The notes under the pieces were generated by a model, which did no database searches, was not told where the DNA came from, and worked only from the letters and a program-made list of their open reading frames with translations. A program made the translations under genes and the position numbers. Shown here one piece after another: positions 28,995 through 41,247 of a stretch of DNA of 48,427 nt (its first letter is position 1; each line of letters starts with the position of its first letter). Source of the stretch: an uncultured delta proteobacterium. GTDB taxonomy: Bacteria > Myxococcota > Myxococcia > Myxococcales > Anaeromyxobacteraceae. The stretch lies in contig CAWHDZ010000029.1 in assembly GCA_963828255.1 (NCBI GenBank), positions 1 to 48,427 on the forward strand. The letters run 5' to 3'.

Positions 28995-30085
28995 CCCAGG
29001 TCGTGAATGCGCTGCCGGTCGAGGGCGCGGGTGGCCTGCGTGCCGAGGACGCGCACCATGTGGATGAGCGGGGCGAAGCGCGGGTCGGTGGTGTGGCCGT
29101 CCCTGTAGCGGCGGTAGATCTGCTGGACGATCACCGCCAGCTTGAAGAGGGCGAAGACGTAGTGGAAGAGCACGTTCTCCACGGCCCGCCCCGACCGCTC
29201 CGCGTAGCGCTCCACCACCTCGCGGCGGGAGAGGCCGCCGGGCAGGTGGGTGGGGCCGAAGGCGTGGGCGCGGAGCTCGACGGGATCGTCCGGGTCGGTC
29301 CAGTACCCGAGCGCGGTGCCCAGGTCCATGAGCGGGTCGCCGATGGTGGCCATCTCCCAGTCGAGCACCGCAACCACCCGCGACGGGGTGGCCGGGTCGA
29401 GCACCACGTTGTCGTACTTGTAGTCGTTGTGGACCAGCGCCACGCCGCTCTCCGGAGGCATGTGGGCCGCGGCCCAGGCGGCGGCCGCCTCGATCTCCGG
29501 AACCAGGTCGGTCCGAGCGGCGAGGTAGCGATCGGTCCAGCCCTTCACCTGCCGTCCCACGTAGCCGGCCGGCTTGCCCAGGGCGGCCAGCGCCGTGCCC
29601 TCCACCGGGACGGCGTGGAGGTCGACCAGGTTGTCCACGAGCGCCGTGGAGGTGGCGCGGAGCAGTTCCGGCGTGAGCGCGAGGCCGGAGCCCGAGCCGT
29701 CTCCGCGCAGGATCACCCCCTGCACCCGCTCCATGAGGTAGAAGCGGGCCCCCAGCACCGTCTCGTCCTCGCAGAAGGCGAGCGGCCTCGGGGCGCGCGG
29801 GTAGACCCCCTGCAGCGCCGAGAGCAGGTTCCACTCCCGCCCCATGTCGTGCGCGCTCTTCACCCTGGCGCCGAAGGGGGCGCGGCGCAGCACCGCCTCG
29901 TGGTCGCCGATGGCCACCAGGTAGGTGAGGTTGGAGTGCCCCTTGCGGAACTGGCGCGCCAGGATGGGCCCCTCCGCGCCCGGGAAGGCCCGGACCAGGT
30001 AGGGACGGATCCGCTCCGGGTCGAAGCGTTCCTCCTCGCGGACCTCGTCGGCCTCGTCGATGCGCGGAGCGGACGGATCGCTCAC
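28991..30085 (-). CDS. APH-family phosphotransferase (LvaA / ACAD10-11 kinase-like)
   Basis: 'QFRKGHSNLTY', 'SAHDMGRE', 'LVHNDYKYDNV', 'LDWEMATIGDPLMDLG', 'AVIVQQIYRRY'. Confidence 0.9.
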   Translation of the reverse strand: MSDPSAPRIDEADEVREEERFDPERIRPYLVRAFPGAEGPILARQFRKGHSNLTYLVAIGDHEAVLRRAPFGARVKSAHDMGREWNLLSALQGVYPRAPRPLAFCEDETVLGARFYLMERVQGVILRGDGSGSGLALTPELLRATSTALVDNLVDLHAVPVEGTALAALGKPAGYVGRQVKGWTDRYLAARTDLVPEIEAAAAWAAAHMPPESGVALVHNDYKYDNVVLDPATPSRVVAVLDWEMATIGDPLMDLGTALGYWTDPDDPVELRAHAFGPTHLPGGLSRREVVERYAERSGRAVENVLFHYVFALFKLAVIVQQIYRRYRDGHTTDPRFAPLIHMVRVLGTQATRALDRQRIHDLG

Positions 30086-31297
30086 GCCTCGCCCCTGCCC
30101 TTCGCGTACCCGTGCAGGATGCGCTTCGCCACGCTCGAGATGTGCACCTCGTCGGCGCCGTCGTAGATGCGCGCCGGCGCGCTCGTGGCGGTACCAGAAG
30201 GCCAGCGGCGTGTCGTCGGTCATGCCCAGCGCCGCCGTGCACCTGGATGGCCCGGTCGAGCACCCGCTGCAGGATGCCGGCCACGGAGAACTTGATGGTG
30301 GAGATCTCCTCGCGGGCCGCCGATGCCCCCTCCTGCGTCGATCTTCCGCGCCGCGTCAAGCACCAGCAGGCGCGCCGCGTCGATCTCGGCGCGGCTCTCG
30401 GCGATCCAGTGCTGCACCATCTGCTTGCCGCCAGCGGGTCGCCGGGCGCCAGCTGCCGGGTGGCGGCGTACCGGCACATGAGGTCGAAGGCCCGCTCGCA
30501 GATGCCGATCCAGCGCATGCAGTGGTGGATGCGCCCGGGCCCGAGCCGGTCCTGGGCCAGCACGAAGCCGCCGCCCTCCGCGCCGAGCAGGTTGCCAGCG
30601 GCACGCGGCAGCCGGTCAGCACGCACCTCGCCGTGGCTCAGCCAGTCCGCGCCGCGCTCGCCCATCACCGAGATGTTGCGCACCAGCTCGAAGCCCGGCG
30701 TGTCCGGTGGGCACGATGATCATGCTGGCGCGCGGTGCGGCTTCGGCTCGCCGGGGTTGGTCACCGCCATGCACGATCGCGAAGGCGGCGCCTTCGGCCG
30801 AGGAGGCGAACCACTTGTGGCCGTCGATCACCCAGTCGTCGCCCTCCTTCACGCGCGGTGGTGCCCATCCACACCGGGTTGGAGCCGGCGAGCTCCGGCT
30901 CGGTCATGGCGAAGCAGCTGCGGATCTCCCCGCGGCCAGCGGCGCCAGCCAGCGCTCCTTCTGCTCGGCGGTGCCGTGCTGCGAGGATGAGCTCCATGTT
31001 GCCGATGTCGGGTGCCTGCACGTTGAAGCAGTAGTGGCCGAGCGGGCTCTTCCCCAGCTCCTCGGAGAGGTGGGCGAACTCGGTGAGCGGCAGGTGGGCG
31101 CCGCCGTACCCGGGCGGCATGTGGGCGGCGAAGAGCCCCGTCTCCCGTGCCTTCTCCCTCACCCGCCGCAGCTCGGGGAGGATGGATCCGAAGCCGCCGT
31201 GCCGGAAGCGCGGCTCGAGGGGGAAGACCTCCTTCCGCATGAAGTCGCGCACCAGGCCCTGGAAGCTCCGAACGCGATCCGACGTCGAGAAGTCCAT
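30082..31297 (-). CDS. Acyl-CoA dehydrogenase, ACAD10/11 (LvaC)-type (multiple frameshifts)
   Basis: 'FNVQAPDIGNME', 'RSCFAMTEP', 'AQDRLGPGRIHHCMRWIG', and 'RIYDGADEVH' with Asp at the catalytic position. Confidence 0.85.
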
Positions 31298-31309
31298 GGA
31301 GTCTCCCGA

Positions 31310-32083
31310 TCAGTAGAGGCAGGCGCCGCCGTCCACCACCAGGCACTGGCCGGTGACGTGGCGGGAGGCGTCGGAGGCCAGGTAGGCCACCGCGCCCTTG
31401 AGGTCCTCCTCGCCGCCGATCCGGCCGAGCGGCGTGCTCGCCACGACCATGTCGCCGATGACGTCGAGGAGGCCGTGGGTCATCTTCGACGGGAAGAAGC
31501 CGGGGCAGATGGCGTTCACGTTGATGTCGTACCGGCCCCACTCCACGGCGAGCGCGCGGGTCAGGTTCACCGCCGCGCCCTTGCTGGCGTTGTAGGCGAT
31601 GGTCTGCATGCCGGGAGGGTTGCCGGAGAGTCCGGAGACGGAGGCCACGTTCACGATCTTCCCGGAGCGACGGGGGATCATGAAGCGCCGGGCAACCTCC
31701 TGGGAGAGGAAGAACACGGCGTCGATGTTGAGGCGCATCACCTTGTCCCAGGCCTCGGCGGGGTAGTCCTCGGCCGGGGCGCCCCAGGTGGTGCCGGCGT
31801 TGTTCACGAGCACGTCCACCGTCCCGAAGCGGGCCGCCACCGCGTCGACCAGCGCCGGGATGCCCTCCCGGCGCCCCAGGTCGACCGGCACCGTCATCGC
31901 CTCGACGCCCAGCCCGGCGAGGTGCTTCGCGGCCACCTCCAGCTCGGCGGCCTTGCGCGCGGTGATGGCCACCCGGGCGCCCATCTCGCCGAGCGCCTCC
32001 GCCATCTGCAGCCCCAGGCCGCGGGAGCCGCCGGTGACGAGCGCCACCTTTCCGGAGAGGTCGAGCAGTTTCTTGAGGCTCAT
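31310..32083 (-). CDS. Short-chain dehydrogenase/reductase (gluconate-5-dehydrogenase/LvaD-like)
   Basis: TGGSRGLG, NNAG, YNASK motifs. Confidence 0.9.
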   Translation of the reverse strand: MSLKKLLDLSGKVALVTGGSRGLGLQMAEALGEMGARVAITARKAAELEVAAKHLAGLGVEAMTVPVDLGRREGIPALVDAVAARFGTVDVLVNNAGTTWGAPAEDYPAEAWDKVMRLNIDAVFFLSQEVARRFMIPRRSGKIVNVASVSGLSGNPPGMQTIAYNASKGAAVNLTRALAVEWGRYDINVNAICPGFFPSKMTHGLLDVIGDMVVASTPLGRIGGEEDLKGAVAYLASDASRHVTGQCLVVDGGACLY

Positions 32084-32150
32084 CGGGGGGGTCTCCTCCG
32101 GACGGCACGGGGGTTCGAGAACGGCTATTCTCTCCGGTGCGGAACCCGGG

Positions 32151-32180
32151 ATCCTGGCACCGCCGCCTTGCCACCGTCAA
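32151..32180 (-). promoter_or_regulatory. Putative sigma-70 promoter TTGACG-N18-CAGGAT for the SDR-ACAD-kinase-phosphatase operon
   Basis: Minus-strand -35 TTGACG and extended -10 TGcCAGGAT. Confidence 0.4.
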
Positions 32181-32226
32181 CAGGGGCGTGTTACGGGGTG
32201 GACCGTAGGTACGCTTGCCGGACCAT

Positions 32227-32245
32227 TGTTTCGCAGAGCGAAACA
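32227..32245. promoter_or_regulatory. Palindromic operator TGTTTCGC-AGA-GCGAAACA (site 2)
   Basis: Perfect 8-bp arms, just downstream of a TACGCT -10-like box and upstream of the pimC-like RBS. Confidence 0.8.
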
Positions 32246-32280
32246 TCGACCGGGGCCGCGAGGCGCCCGGAGGAGGGCTC

Positions 32281-33477
32281 ATGGACCTCACGTTCACCCC
32301 GGACGAACGGCGCTTCCGCGACGAGGTCCGGGACTTCCTCGCGTCGAGCCTGCCCGCCGCCATGCGCCACACCGTGCTGGAGGGGCTGCACATCCCGCCC
32401 GGGGACACCGTGGAGTGGCAGCGCATCCTCTTCCGCAAGGGCTGGGGCGGCCCGAACTGGCCGGTCGAGTTCGGAGGCACCGGCTGGGACCCGGTCCGCC
32501 AGTTCATCTTCGAGGAGGAGTGCGCCGCGGCCGGGACGCCGCGCCTGCTCCCCTTCGGCCTCAAGATGGTCGGGCCGGTGATCCAGCGCTTCGGCAACGC
32601 CGCCCAGCACGCCCGCTTCCTGCCCCGCATCCTCTCCGGCGAGGACTGGTGGTGCCAGGGCTACTCCGAGCCCGAGGCCGGCTCCGACCTGGCCTCCCTC
32701 CGGACCCTGGCCGTCCGGGAGGGCGACCATTACGTGGTGAACGGCCAGAAGACCTGGATCACGCTGGCCCAGCACGCCGACTGGATCTTCTGCCTGGTCC
32801 GCACCGACCGCACCGGCAAGGCCCAGGCCGGCATCTCCTTCCTGCTCATCGACATGAAGTCACCGGGAGTGGAGGTTCGCCCCATCACCATGCTCGACGG
32901 CGGCCACGAGGTGAACGAGGTCTGGTTCGAGGACGTGAAGGTCCCGGTCGAGAACCTCGTCGGCGAGGAGAACAAGGGCTGGACCTACGCCAAGTTCCTC
33001 CTCGGCCACGAGCGGGCCAACATCGCCGGGATCGGCACCTCGAAGCGGGAGCTGGCCCGGCTGAAGCACATCGCCGCGGCGGAGAGGAAGAACGGCCGCC
33101 CCCTCACGGAGGATCCGCTCTTCGCGGCCCGGCTGGCCCAGGTGGAGATCGACCTGCTCGCCCTCGAGATCACGAACCTCCGGGTCCTCTCGGCGGAGGC
33201 CGAGAAGCGAGCCCCGGGGCCGGAGGCCTCGCTGCTCAAGATCAAGGGGACGGAGATCCAGCAGGCCCTCACCGAGCTCATGGTGCAGGCGGTGGGCCCC
33301 TACGCGCTGCCCTTCCGGATCGAGGCGCTCTCGGGAGGCTTCGCCGGCCCGCCGGTGGGGCCGGCGTACGCGGCGCCGCTCGCCGCCACCTACTGCAACA
33401 TGCGCAAGACCTCGATCTACGGCGGCTCGAACGAGATCCAGAAGAACATCATCTCCCAGATGATCCTGGGCCTGTAG
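32281..33477 (+). CDS. pimC: Acyl-CoA dehydrogenase, PimC-like large subunit
   Basis: 'WWCQGYSEPEAGSDLASL', 'GWTYAKFLLGHER', 'RKTSIYGGSNEIQKNII'. Confidence 0.8.
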   Translation: MDLTFTPDERRFRDEVRDFLASSLPAAMRHTVLEGLHIPPGDTVEWQRILFRKGWGGPNWPVEFGGTGWDPVRQFIFEEECAAAGTPRLLPFGLKMVGPVIQRFGNAAQHARFLPRILSGEDWWCQGYSEPEAGSDLASLRTLAVREGDHYVVNGQKTWITLAQHADWIFCLVRTDRTGKAQAGISFLLIDMKSPGVEVRPITMLDGGHEVNEVWFEDVKVPVENLVGEENKGWTYAKFLLGHERANIAGIGTSKRELARLKHIAAAERKNGRPLTEDPLFAARLAQVEIDLLALEITNLRVLSAEAEKRAPGPEASLLKIKGTEIQQALTELMVQAVGPYALPFRIEALSGGFAGPPVGPAYAAPLAATYCNMRKTSIYGGSNEIQKNIISQMILGL

Positions 33478-33486
33478 GAGCGCGCC

Positions 33487-34618
33487 ATGCACTTCCACCT
33501 CACCGACGAGCAGCAGGCGCTCTCCGACATGGTGCAGCGCTTCGTCGCGCAGGAGTACGGGTTCGACGCGCGGCGCAGGATCCTCCGCTCCCCCGAGGGC
33601 TGGAGCCGCGAGATCTGGGGCAAGCTGGGGGAGATGGGGCTCCTCGCCCTGCAAGTCCCGGAGGAGCAGGGCGGGATGGCGCCGGCCACCGTCGAGACCC
33701 TCGTCACCCTGGGTGCCATGGGGCGCGCGCTGGTCGTCGAGCCCTACCTCTCCTCGGCCGTCGTGGGGACGGCGCTGGTCCGTGGGCTCGGCACGCCGGC
33801 GCAGCGGGAGGCCCTGCTCCCCGGCATGGCGACGGGCGAGCGGATCGCCGTCGTGGCCCACGGGGAGGAGGGCGCCCGCCACGATCCCTCCCGCGTCTCC
33901 ACCGCGGCCCGCCGGGAGGCTCGGGGTGGATCCTCGAGGGCAAGAAGGCGGTGGTGCTGCACGCCCCCGCCGCCGACCTGCTCCTCGTCACCGCCCGCAC
34001 CTCCGGCGCGCCCGACGCCGAGGACGGGCTCTCCGTGTTCGTGGTCCCGGCCTCGTCACCCGGGGTGAAGCTCACCGCGTACCCGACCATCGACGGGCAG
34101 CGGGGAGCCGACGTGGCGCTCTCCGGGGTCGAGGTGCCGGGCGACGCGCTGCTCGGGGCGGAGGGGAAGGCCTTCCCGGCCCTCTCGGCAGCCCTCGACC
34201 TGGGCGTGGCCGCGCTCTGCGCGGAGGCGGTGGGAGTGCTCCAGGCCACCCTCGACGCCACCACCGAATACACCCGGACCCGCAAGCAGTTCGGCGTTCC
34301 CATCGCCCGGTTCCAGGCGCTGCAGCACCGCATGGCCGACATGCTGATGCACGTGGAGCAGGCCCGTTCGATGAGCTACCTCGCCGCCATGCACGCCGCC
34401 TCGGAGGACGTCCGGGAGCGGCGCCGCCTCGTCTCCGCCGCCAAGGTGACGGTGGGGCAGGCCTGCCGGTTCGTGGGGCAGCAGGCGGTCCAGCTCCACG
34501 GCGGCATGGGAGTGACCGACGAGCTCATGGTGAGCCACCTGTTCAAGCGGCTCATGGCCATCGAGCTGTCGCTCGGGGACACCGAGCACCACCTGGAGCG
34601 CTTCATCACGGAGAGCAA

Positions 34619-34622
<4 letters not shown>
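33487..34622 (+). CDS. pimD: Acyl-CoA dehydrogenase, PimD-like small subunit (frameshift near 33915)
   Basis: 'GRALVVEPYL', 'RKQFGVPIARFQALQHRMADM', 'QLHGGMGVTDE', 'LGDTEHHL'. Paired with the pimC-like gene. Confidence 0.8.
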
Positions 34623-36707
<2,085 letters not shown>

Positions 36708-36722
36708 GAAACGGAGATCGCC

Positions 36723-37901
36723 ATGTCCGACGCCGTCATCGTCTCCACCGCCCGCACCGGCCTCGCCAAGTCCTGGCGCGGCGCGCTCAACATGACCCAC
36801 GGCGCGACCCTGGGCGGCCACGTGGTGAAGGCCGCCGTCGAGCGCGCCCGCATCGACCCCGCCGAGGTGGAGGACGTGATCTTCGGCTGCGGCCTTCCCG
36901 AGGGCACCACCGGAGGCAACGTGGCCCGGCAGATCGCGCTGCGGGCCGGGCTCCCGGTCACCACGGCGGGTCACACGGTGAACCGCTTCTGCTCGTCCGG
37001 GATGCAGGCCATCGCCATGGCCGCGCACCGGGTCATCGTCGACAAGGTGCCGGTGCTGGTGGCCGGCGGCATCGAGCAGATCTCCTGCGTGCAGCAGGAG
37101 CTGAACCAGCACATGTTCGCGGACCCCTGGCTCGTCGAGAACAAGCCGGCCGTCTACATGTCCATGCTGGACACCGCCGAGGTGGTGGCGAAACGGTACG
37201 AGATCCCCCGCGAGAAGCAGGACGAGTACGGGGTGCGGAGTCAGCAGCTCGCCGCCGCCGCCCAGGCCGCGGGCAAGTTCCAGGACGAGATCGTCCCCTT
37301 CCGGACGGTGATGGGGGTGGGCGACAAGGCCACCGGCCGCCTCTCCATGAAGGAGGTCACGCTCGACGCCGACGAGGGCATCCGCGCCGACACCACCTAC
37401 GAGGGCGTGGCGAAGATCAAGCCGGTGGTCCCGGGCGGCACCATCGCCGCAGGGAACGCCAGCCAGTTCTCCGACGGCGCCTCGGCCTGCGTGGTCATGG
37501 ACGGGAAGCTGGCCGGGAAGAGGGGTCTCGCGCCGCTCGGAATCTTCCGCGGGTTCGCCGTGGCCGGGTGCGAGCCGGACGAGATGGGCATCGGCCCGGT
37601 CTTCGCGGTGCCGCGGCTCCTCGAGCGCACCGGCGTGAAGATGCAGGACGTCGGGCTCTGGGAGCTGAACGAGGCCTTCGCCGTCCAGGTCCTCTACTGC
37701 CGCGACCGCCTGGGAATCCCCGACGACCGGCTCAACGTGAACGGCGGCGCCATCGCCGTGGGGCACCCCTACGGCATGTCCGGGGCACGCCTCGTGGGGC
37801 ACGCCCTCATCGAGGGGAAGCGGCGCGGGGTGAAGCTGGTCGTCGTCACCATGTGCATCGGGGGCGGCATGGGCGCGGCGGGGCTCTTCGAGGTCGCCTA
37901 G
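36723..37901 (+). CDS. Acetyl-CoA C-acyltransferase (thiolase, PimB-like)
   Basis: 'NRFCSSG', 'NEAFA', 'GHPYGMSG', 'MCIGGGMG'. Confidence 0.9.
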   Translation: MSDAVIVSTARTGLAKSWRGALNMTHGATLGGHVVKAAVERARIDPAEVEDVIFGCGLPEGTTGGNVARQIALRAGLPVTTAGHTVNRFCSSGMQAIAMAAHRVIVDKVPVLVAGGIEQISCVQQELNQHMFADPWLVENKPAVYMSMLDTAEVVAKRYEIPREKQDEYGVRSQQLAAAAQAAGKFQDEIVPFRTVMGVGDKATGRLSMKEVTLDADEGIRADTTYEGVAKIKPVVPGGTIAAGNASQFSDGASACVVMDGKLAGKRGLAPLGIFRGFAVAGCEPDEMGIGPVFAVPRLLERTGVKMQDVGLWELNEAFAVQVLYCRDRLGIPDDRLNVNGGAIAVGHPYGMSGARLVGHALIEGKRRGVKLVVVTMCIGGGMGAAGLFEVA

Positions 37902-37914
37902 CAGGGTTTCCGGG

Positions 37915-39114
37915 GTGCTCGAGGCCTACCTCTACGACGGGCTGCGAACCCCCTTCGGCCGCCACGCCGGGGTGCTCGCACCGGTCCGCCCCGACGACCT
38001 GGCCGCCGGCGTGATGCGGGCGCTGCTCGCGCGATCGCCCTGGCGGGCGGAGGAGATCGAGGACGTCTACCTGGGCTGCACGAACCAGGCGGGCGAGGAC
38101 TCCCGCAACGTGGCCCGACACGCGGCGCTCCTGGCGGGCCTTCCGCCCACCACCCCGGCGATGACCGTCAACCGGCTCTGCGCCAGCGGGCTCGCCGCGG
38201 TGGTCGATGCGGCGCGGGCCATCACCGCGGGGGAGGGGGACCTCTACCTGGCCGGCGGGGTGGAGAGCATGAGCCGCGCCCCCTTCGCCATGGCCAAGGC
38301 CGAGGCTCCGTACGCGCGGGAGGCGAGGGTGTTCGACACCACGCTGGGGGCCCGGTTCCCCAATCCACTGTTGGTGAAGATGTACGGGTCGGACAGCATG
38401 CCCGAGACCGGCGACAACGTGGCCCGGGAGCAGGGCGTCTCCCGCGAGGAGGCCGACGCCTTCGCGGCCCGTTCGCAGGAGCGCTGCGAGCGGGCCCGGG
38501 CGTCGGGGTTCCTGGCCGGGGAGATCACCCCGGTGGAGGTCCCCGGGCCCAGGAAGGGAACCACCGTCGTGCGCGAGGACGAGCACCCGCGCCCCGGGAC
38601 GACGCTCGAGGCGCTCTCGCGGCTGCGGCCGCTCTTCGATGGCGGAGTGGTCACCGCCGGGAACGCCTCGGGGGTGAACGACGGTGCCGCGGCGCTGCTG
38701 GTGGGCTCGCGCGCCGCCGGGGAGCGGGCCGGGGTCCGGCCGCTCGCACGGATCCTCGCGTCGGCAGCGGTGGGGGTGGAGCCGCGGGTGATGGGGATTG
38801 GCCCGGCCTTCGCCATCCCGAAGGCGCTGGCGCGCGCCGGGCTCGCGCTGTCCGATCTCGACGTGATCGAGGTGAACGAGGCCTTCGCGAGCCAGGTGCT
38901 GGCCTGCCTGAGGCTCCTCGGCATCCCGTTCGACGACCCGCGGGTGAACCCCAACGGCGGCGCCATCGCGCTGGGTCACCCGCTCGGCGCGTCCGGGGCG
39001 CGGCTCGCCCTCACCGCGGCGCGGGAGCTCCGGCGGCGGGGGAGCGGGCGGGCCGTGGTGAGCCTGTGCATCGGCGTGGGGCAGGGACTGGCCATGGTCA
39101 TGGAGGCAGCCTGA
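37915..39114 (+). CDS. pcaF: 3-oxoadipyl-CoA thiolase (PcaF/PaaJ-like)
   Basis: 'VRPDDLAA', 'NQAGEDSRNVAR', 'NRLCASG', 'GVESMSRAPF', 'CIGVGQG'. Confidence 0.85.
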   Translation: MLEAYLYDGLRTPFGRHAGVLAPVRPDDLAAGVMRALLARSPWRAEEIEDVYLGCTNQAGEDSRNVARHAALLAGLPPTTPAMTVNRLCASGLAAVVDAARAITAGEGDLYLAGGVESMSRAPFAMAKAEAPYAREARVFDTTLGARFPNPLLVKMYGSDSMPETGDNVAREQGVSREEADAFAARSQERCERARASGFLAGEITPVEVPGPRKGTTVVREDEHPRPGTTLEALSRLRPLFDGGVVTAGNASGVNDGAAALLVGSRAAGERAGVRPLARILASAAVGVEPRVMGIGPAFAIPKALARAGLALSDLDVIEVNEAFASQVLACLRLLGIPFDDPRVNPNGGAIALGHPLGASGARLALTAARELRRRGSGRAVVSLCIGVGQGLAMVMEAA

Positions 39115-39869
39115 TGTCGAACAACGTGCGGACGTCCACGGCGGACCGGATCGTGGAGATCGAGATCCACCGGCCCGAGAAGAAGAACGCGCTCACCGGC
39201 GAGATGTACGACGCGATGTCGCTGGCCTTCGATCGGGCCGACGCGGACCCGCAGGTCCACGTGATCTTCCTGCACGGCCAGGCCGGCTGCTTCACCGCCG
39301 GGAACGACCTCGCCGACTTCCTCTCGGCCGGGCGCGGGGAGGGGGTGGCCTCGCCCGCGGCAAATTTCCTCGCGGCCATCCGCACGGCCCGCAAGCCCGT
39401 CGTCGCCGCGGTGGGCGGCGTGGCGGTGGGCATCGGGACCACCATGCTGCTCCACTGCGAGCTCGTCTTCGCCGCCCCGAACGCCCGCTTCCAGATGCCC
39501 TTCGTGCCGCTCGGGCTCGCGCCGGAGGGCGGGTCGAGCCTGCTCCTTCCCATGCTGGCCGGCTACCAGCGGGCCGCCGAGATGCTGCTCCTGGGGCGCC
39601 CGTTCGGCGCCGAGAGGGCCATGGCGGCGGGGCTCGTGAACGAGGTGGTCCCGGAGGACCGCCTGCTCGCCCACGCGCGCGAGGCCGCCCTGGCGGTGGC
39701 GGCGCTGCCCGTGGAATCGGTGCGGATCACGAAGGAGCTGCTCAAGCGGCCGCACGCCCGGGCGCTCGAGGAGCGGATGGCCGAGGAGTTGCGCATCTTC
39801 GGGGAGCGGCTCCACTCGCCGGAGGCGAAGGCGGCGATGGGGGCGTTCTTCGAGCGGAGGAAGGGGTAG
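39114..39869 (+). CDS. Crotonase-family enoyl-CoA hydratase/isomerase (ECI2-like)
   Basis: 'FTAGNDL', 'AVGIGTTMLLHC', 'PFVPLGLAPEGGSS'. Confidence 0.85.
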   Translation: MSNNVRTSTADRIVEIEIHRPEKKNALTGEMYDAMSLAFDRADADPQVHVIFLHGQAGCFTAGNDLADFLSAGRGEGVASPAANFLAAIRTARKPVVAAVGGVAVGIGTTMLLHCELVFAAPNARFQMPFVPLGLAPEGGSSLLLPMLAGYQRAAEMLLLGRPFGAERAMAAGLVNEVVPEDRLLAHAREAALAVAALPVESVRITKELLKRPHARALEERMAEELRIFGERLHSPEAKAAMGAFFERRKG

Positions 39870-39887
39870 GGTGCACCGGCAAGCTCC

Positions 39888-41243
39888 ATGAGCGACTCCG
39901 GCCCCATTCCGCTCCGCGTGCTCGTCATCGACGACGAGCCCAACATCCGGGACACGCTCGCGCTCTGCATCCAGTCGGCCGGGGCTCGCGCGGACAAGGT
40001 CGCAACCGGCGCAGCCGCGGTCGAGGCCCTTCGGCTGGCTCCGTATGACCTGGCCTTCTGCGACCTCCGGCTGGGGTCGGAGAGCGGACTCGACCTCATC
40101 CCGCGCCTTCTCTCCGAGCGCCCGGGCCTGGACGTGGTCGTCATCACCGCCTTCGCCACCTTCGACACGGCCGTCGAGGCCATCCGCAGGGGCGCCCGCG
40201 ACTACCTTCCGAAGCCGTTCACGCCGGCGCAGATACGTCACCACATCGAGGCCGCTCGCCAGCGGCGCGCCACCGCCTCCAGGCTCGACGACCTGGAGGC
40301 TCGCCTCGCCGACGCTGCGCCGGACGTCCGGCTCGACTCGTCCTCACCTTCCGTCCGCGCCGCTCTCGAGACGCTCCTCAGGGCGGCCCCCCACGACGTG
40401 TCGGTCTTGCTACGCGGGGAGAGCGGCACGGGCAAGGGGGTCATGGCCCGGGCACTTCATGCGGCCAGCCCGCGCCGGGAGCGCCCCTTCGTCGTCGTGA
40501 ACTGCCCGACGCTTTCGGACGAGTTGCTGGCGAGCGAGCTCTTCGGGCACGCCCGCGGCTCGTTCACCGGCGCCGTCCGCGACCAGCCCGGACGCATCGA
40601 GGCCGCCGAGGGAGGCACGGTCTTCCTCGACGAGATCGGGGAGATCGCGCCCGCCCTCCAGGCCAAGCTCCTCCGCTTCCTCCAGGAGAAGCGCTTCGAG
40701 CGGGTCGGCGAGAACCGTACCCGCGTCGCCGACGTTCGCGTGGTCGCCGCGACGAACCGGGACCTGGAAGCCGCGGTGAAGGAGGGCCGGTTCCGGGAGG
40801 ACCTGCTCTACCGCCTGAACGTGGTGGAGGTGACCGTTCCTTCCCTCCGGGAGCGGGCCGAGGACATCCTTCCGCTGGCGAGGAGCTTCGTCGCCTTCTT
40901 TGCCTCGCAGGCCCGGCGTCCGCCACCGGAGCTCTCGCCTGCCACGGAGCACATGCTCCTGGCGTGGCCCTGGCCCGGCAACGTCCGGGAACTGCGGAAC
41001 GCCATCGAGCGGGCCGTGATCCTGACGCCCGGACAGGTGCTCGAGCCCGAGAGCTTCCCGGAGCGGATGGCGGGGCACGCCGGGCGGGTACCGGCGCTCG
41101 GAGGGGATTTCACCGTCGACGAGGTGGAGCGAGAGCACATCCTCCGCGTGCTCGCCCGGACGTCCACGCAGGACGAGGCCGCGGGCATCCTGGGTCTCGA
41201 CACGTCCACCTTGTGGCGGAAGCGCAAGAAGGAAGGGCGCTGA
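39888..41243 (+). CDS. Sigma-54-dependent response regulator (NtrC family, AlgB-like)
   Basis: Receiver (IDDE, CDL, KPF), AAA+ 'GESGTGK', 'ELFGHARGSFTGA', 'WPGNVRELRN', Fis-type HTH 'ILGLDTSTLWRKRKK'. Confidence 0.9.
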   Translation: MSDSGPIPLRVLVIDDEPNIRDTLALCIQSAGARADKVATGAAAVEALRLAPYDLAFCDLRLGSESGLDLIPRLLSERPGLDVVVITAFATFDTAVEAIRRGARDYLPKPFTPAQIRHHIEAARQRRATASRLDDLEARLADAAPDVRLDSSSPSVRAALETLLRAAPHDVSVLLRGESGTGKGVMARALHAASPRRERPFVVVNCPTLSDELLASELFGHARGSFTGAVRDQPGRIEAAEGGTVFLDEIGEIAPALQAKLLRFLQEKRFERVGENRTRVADVRVVAATNRDLEAAVKEGRFREDLLYRLNVVEVTVPSLRERAEDILPLARSFVAFFASQARRPPPELSPATEHMLLAWPWPGNVRELRNAIERAVILTPGQVLEPESFPERMAGHAGRVPALGGDFTVDEVEREHILRVLARTSTQDEAAGILGLDTSTLWRKRKKEGR

Positions 41244-41247
41244 TCCC

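Noticed and set aside
32154..32171. Sigma-54 promoter-like TGGCAC...TTGC
   Set aside because: Spacing is 7 nt instead of the strictly required 5.
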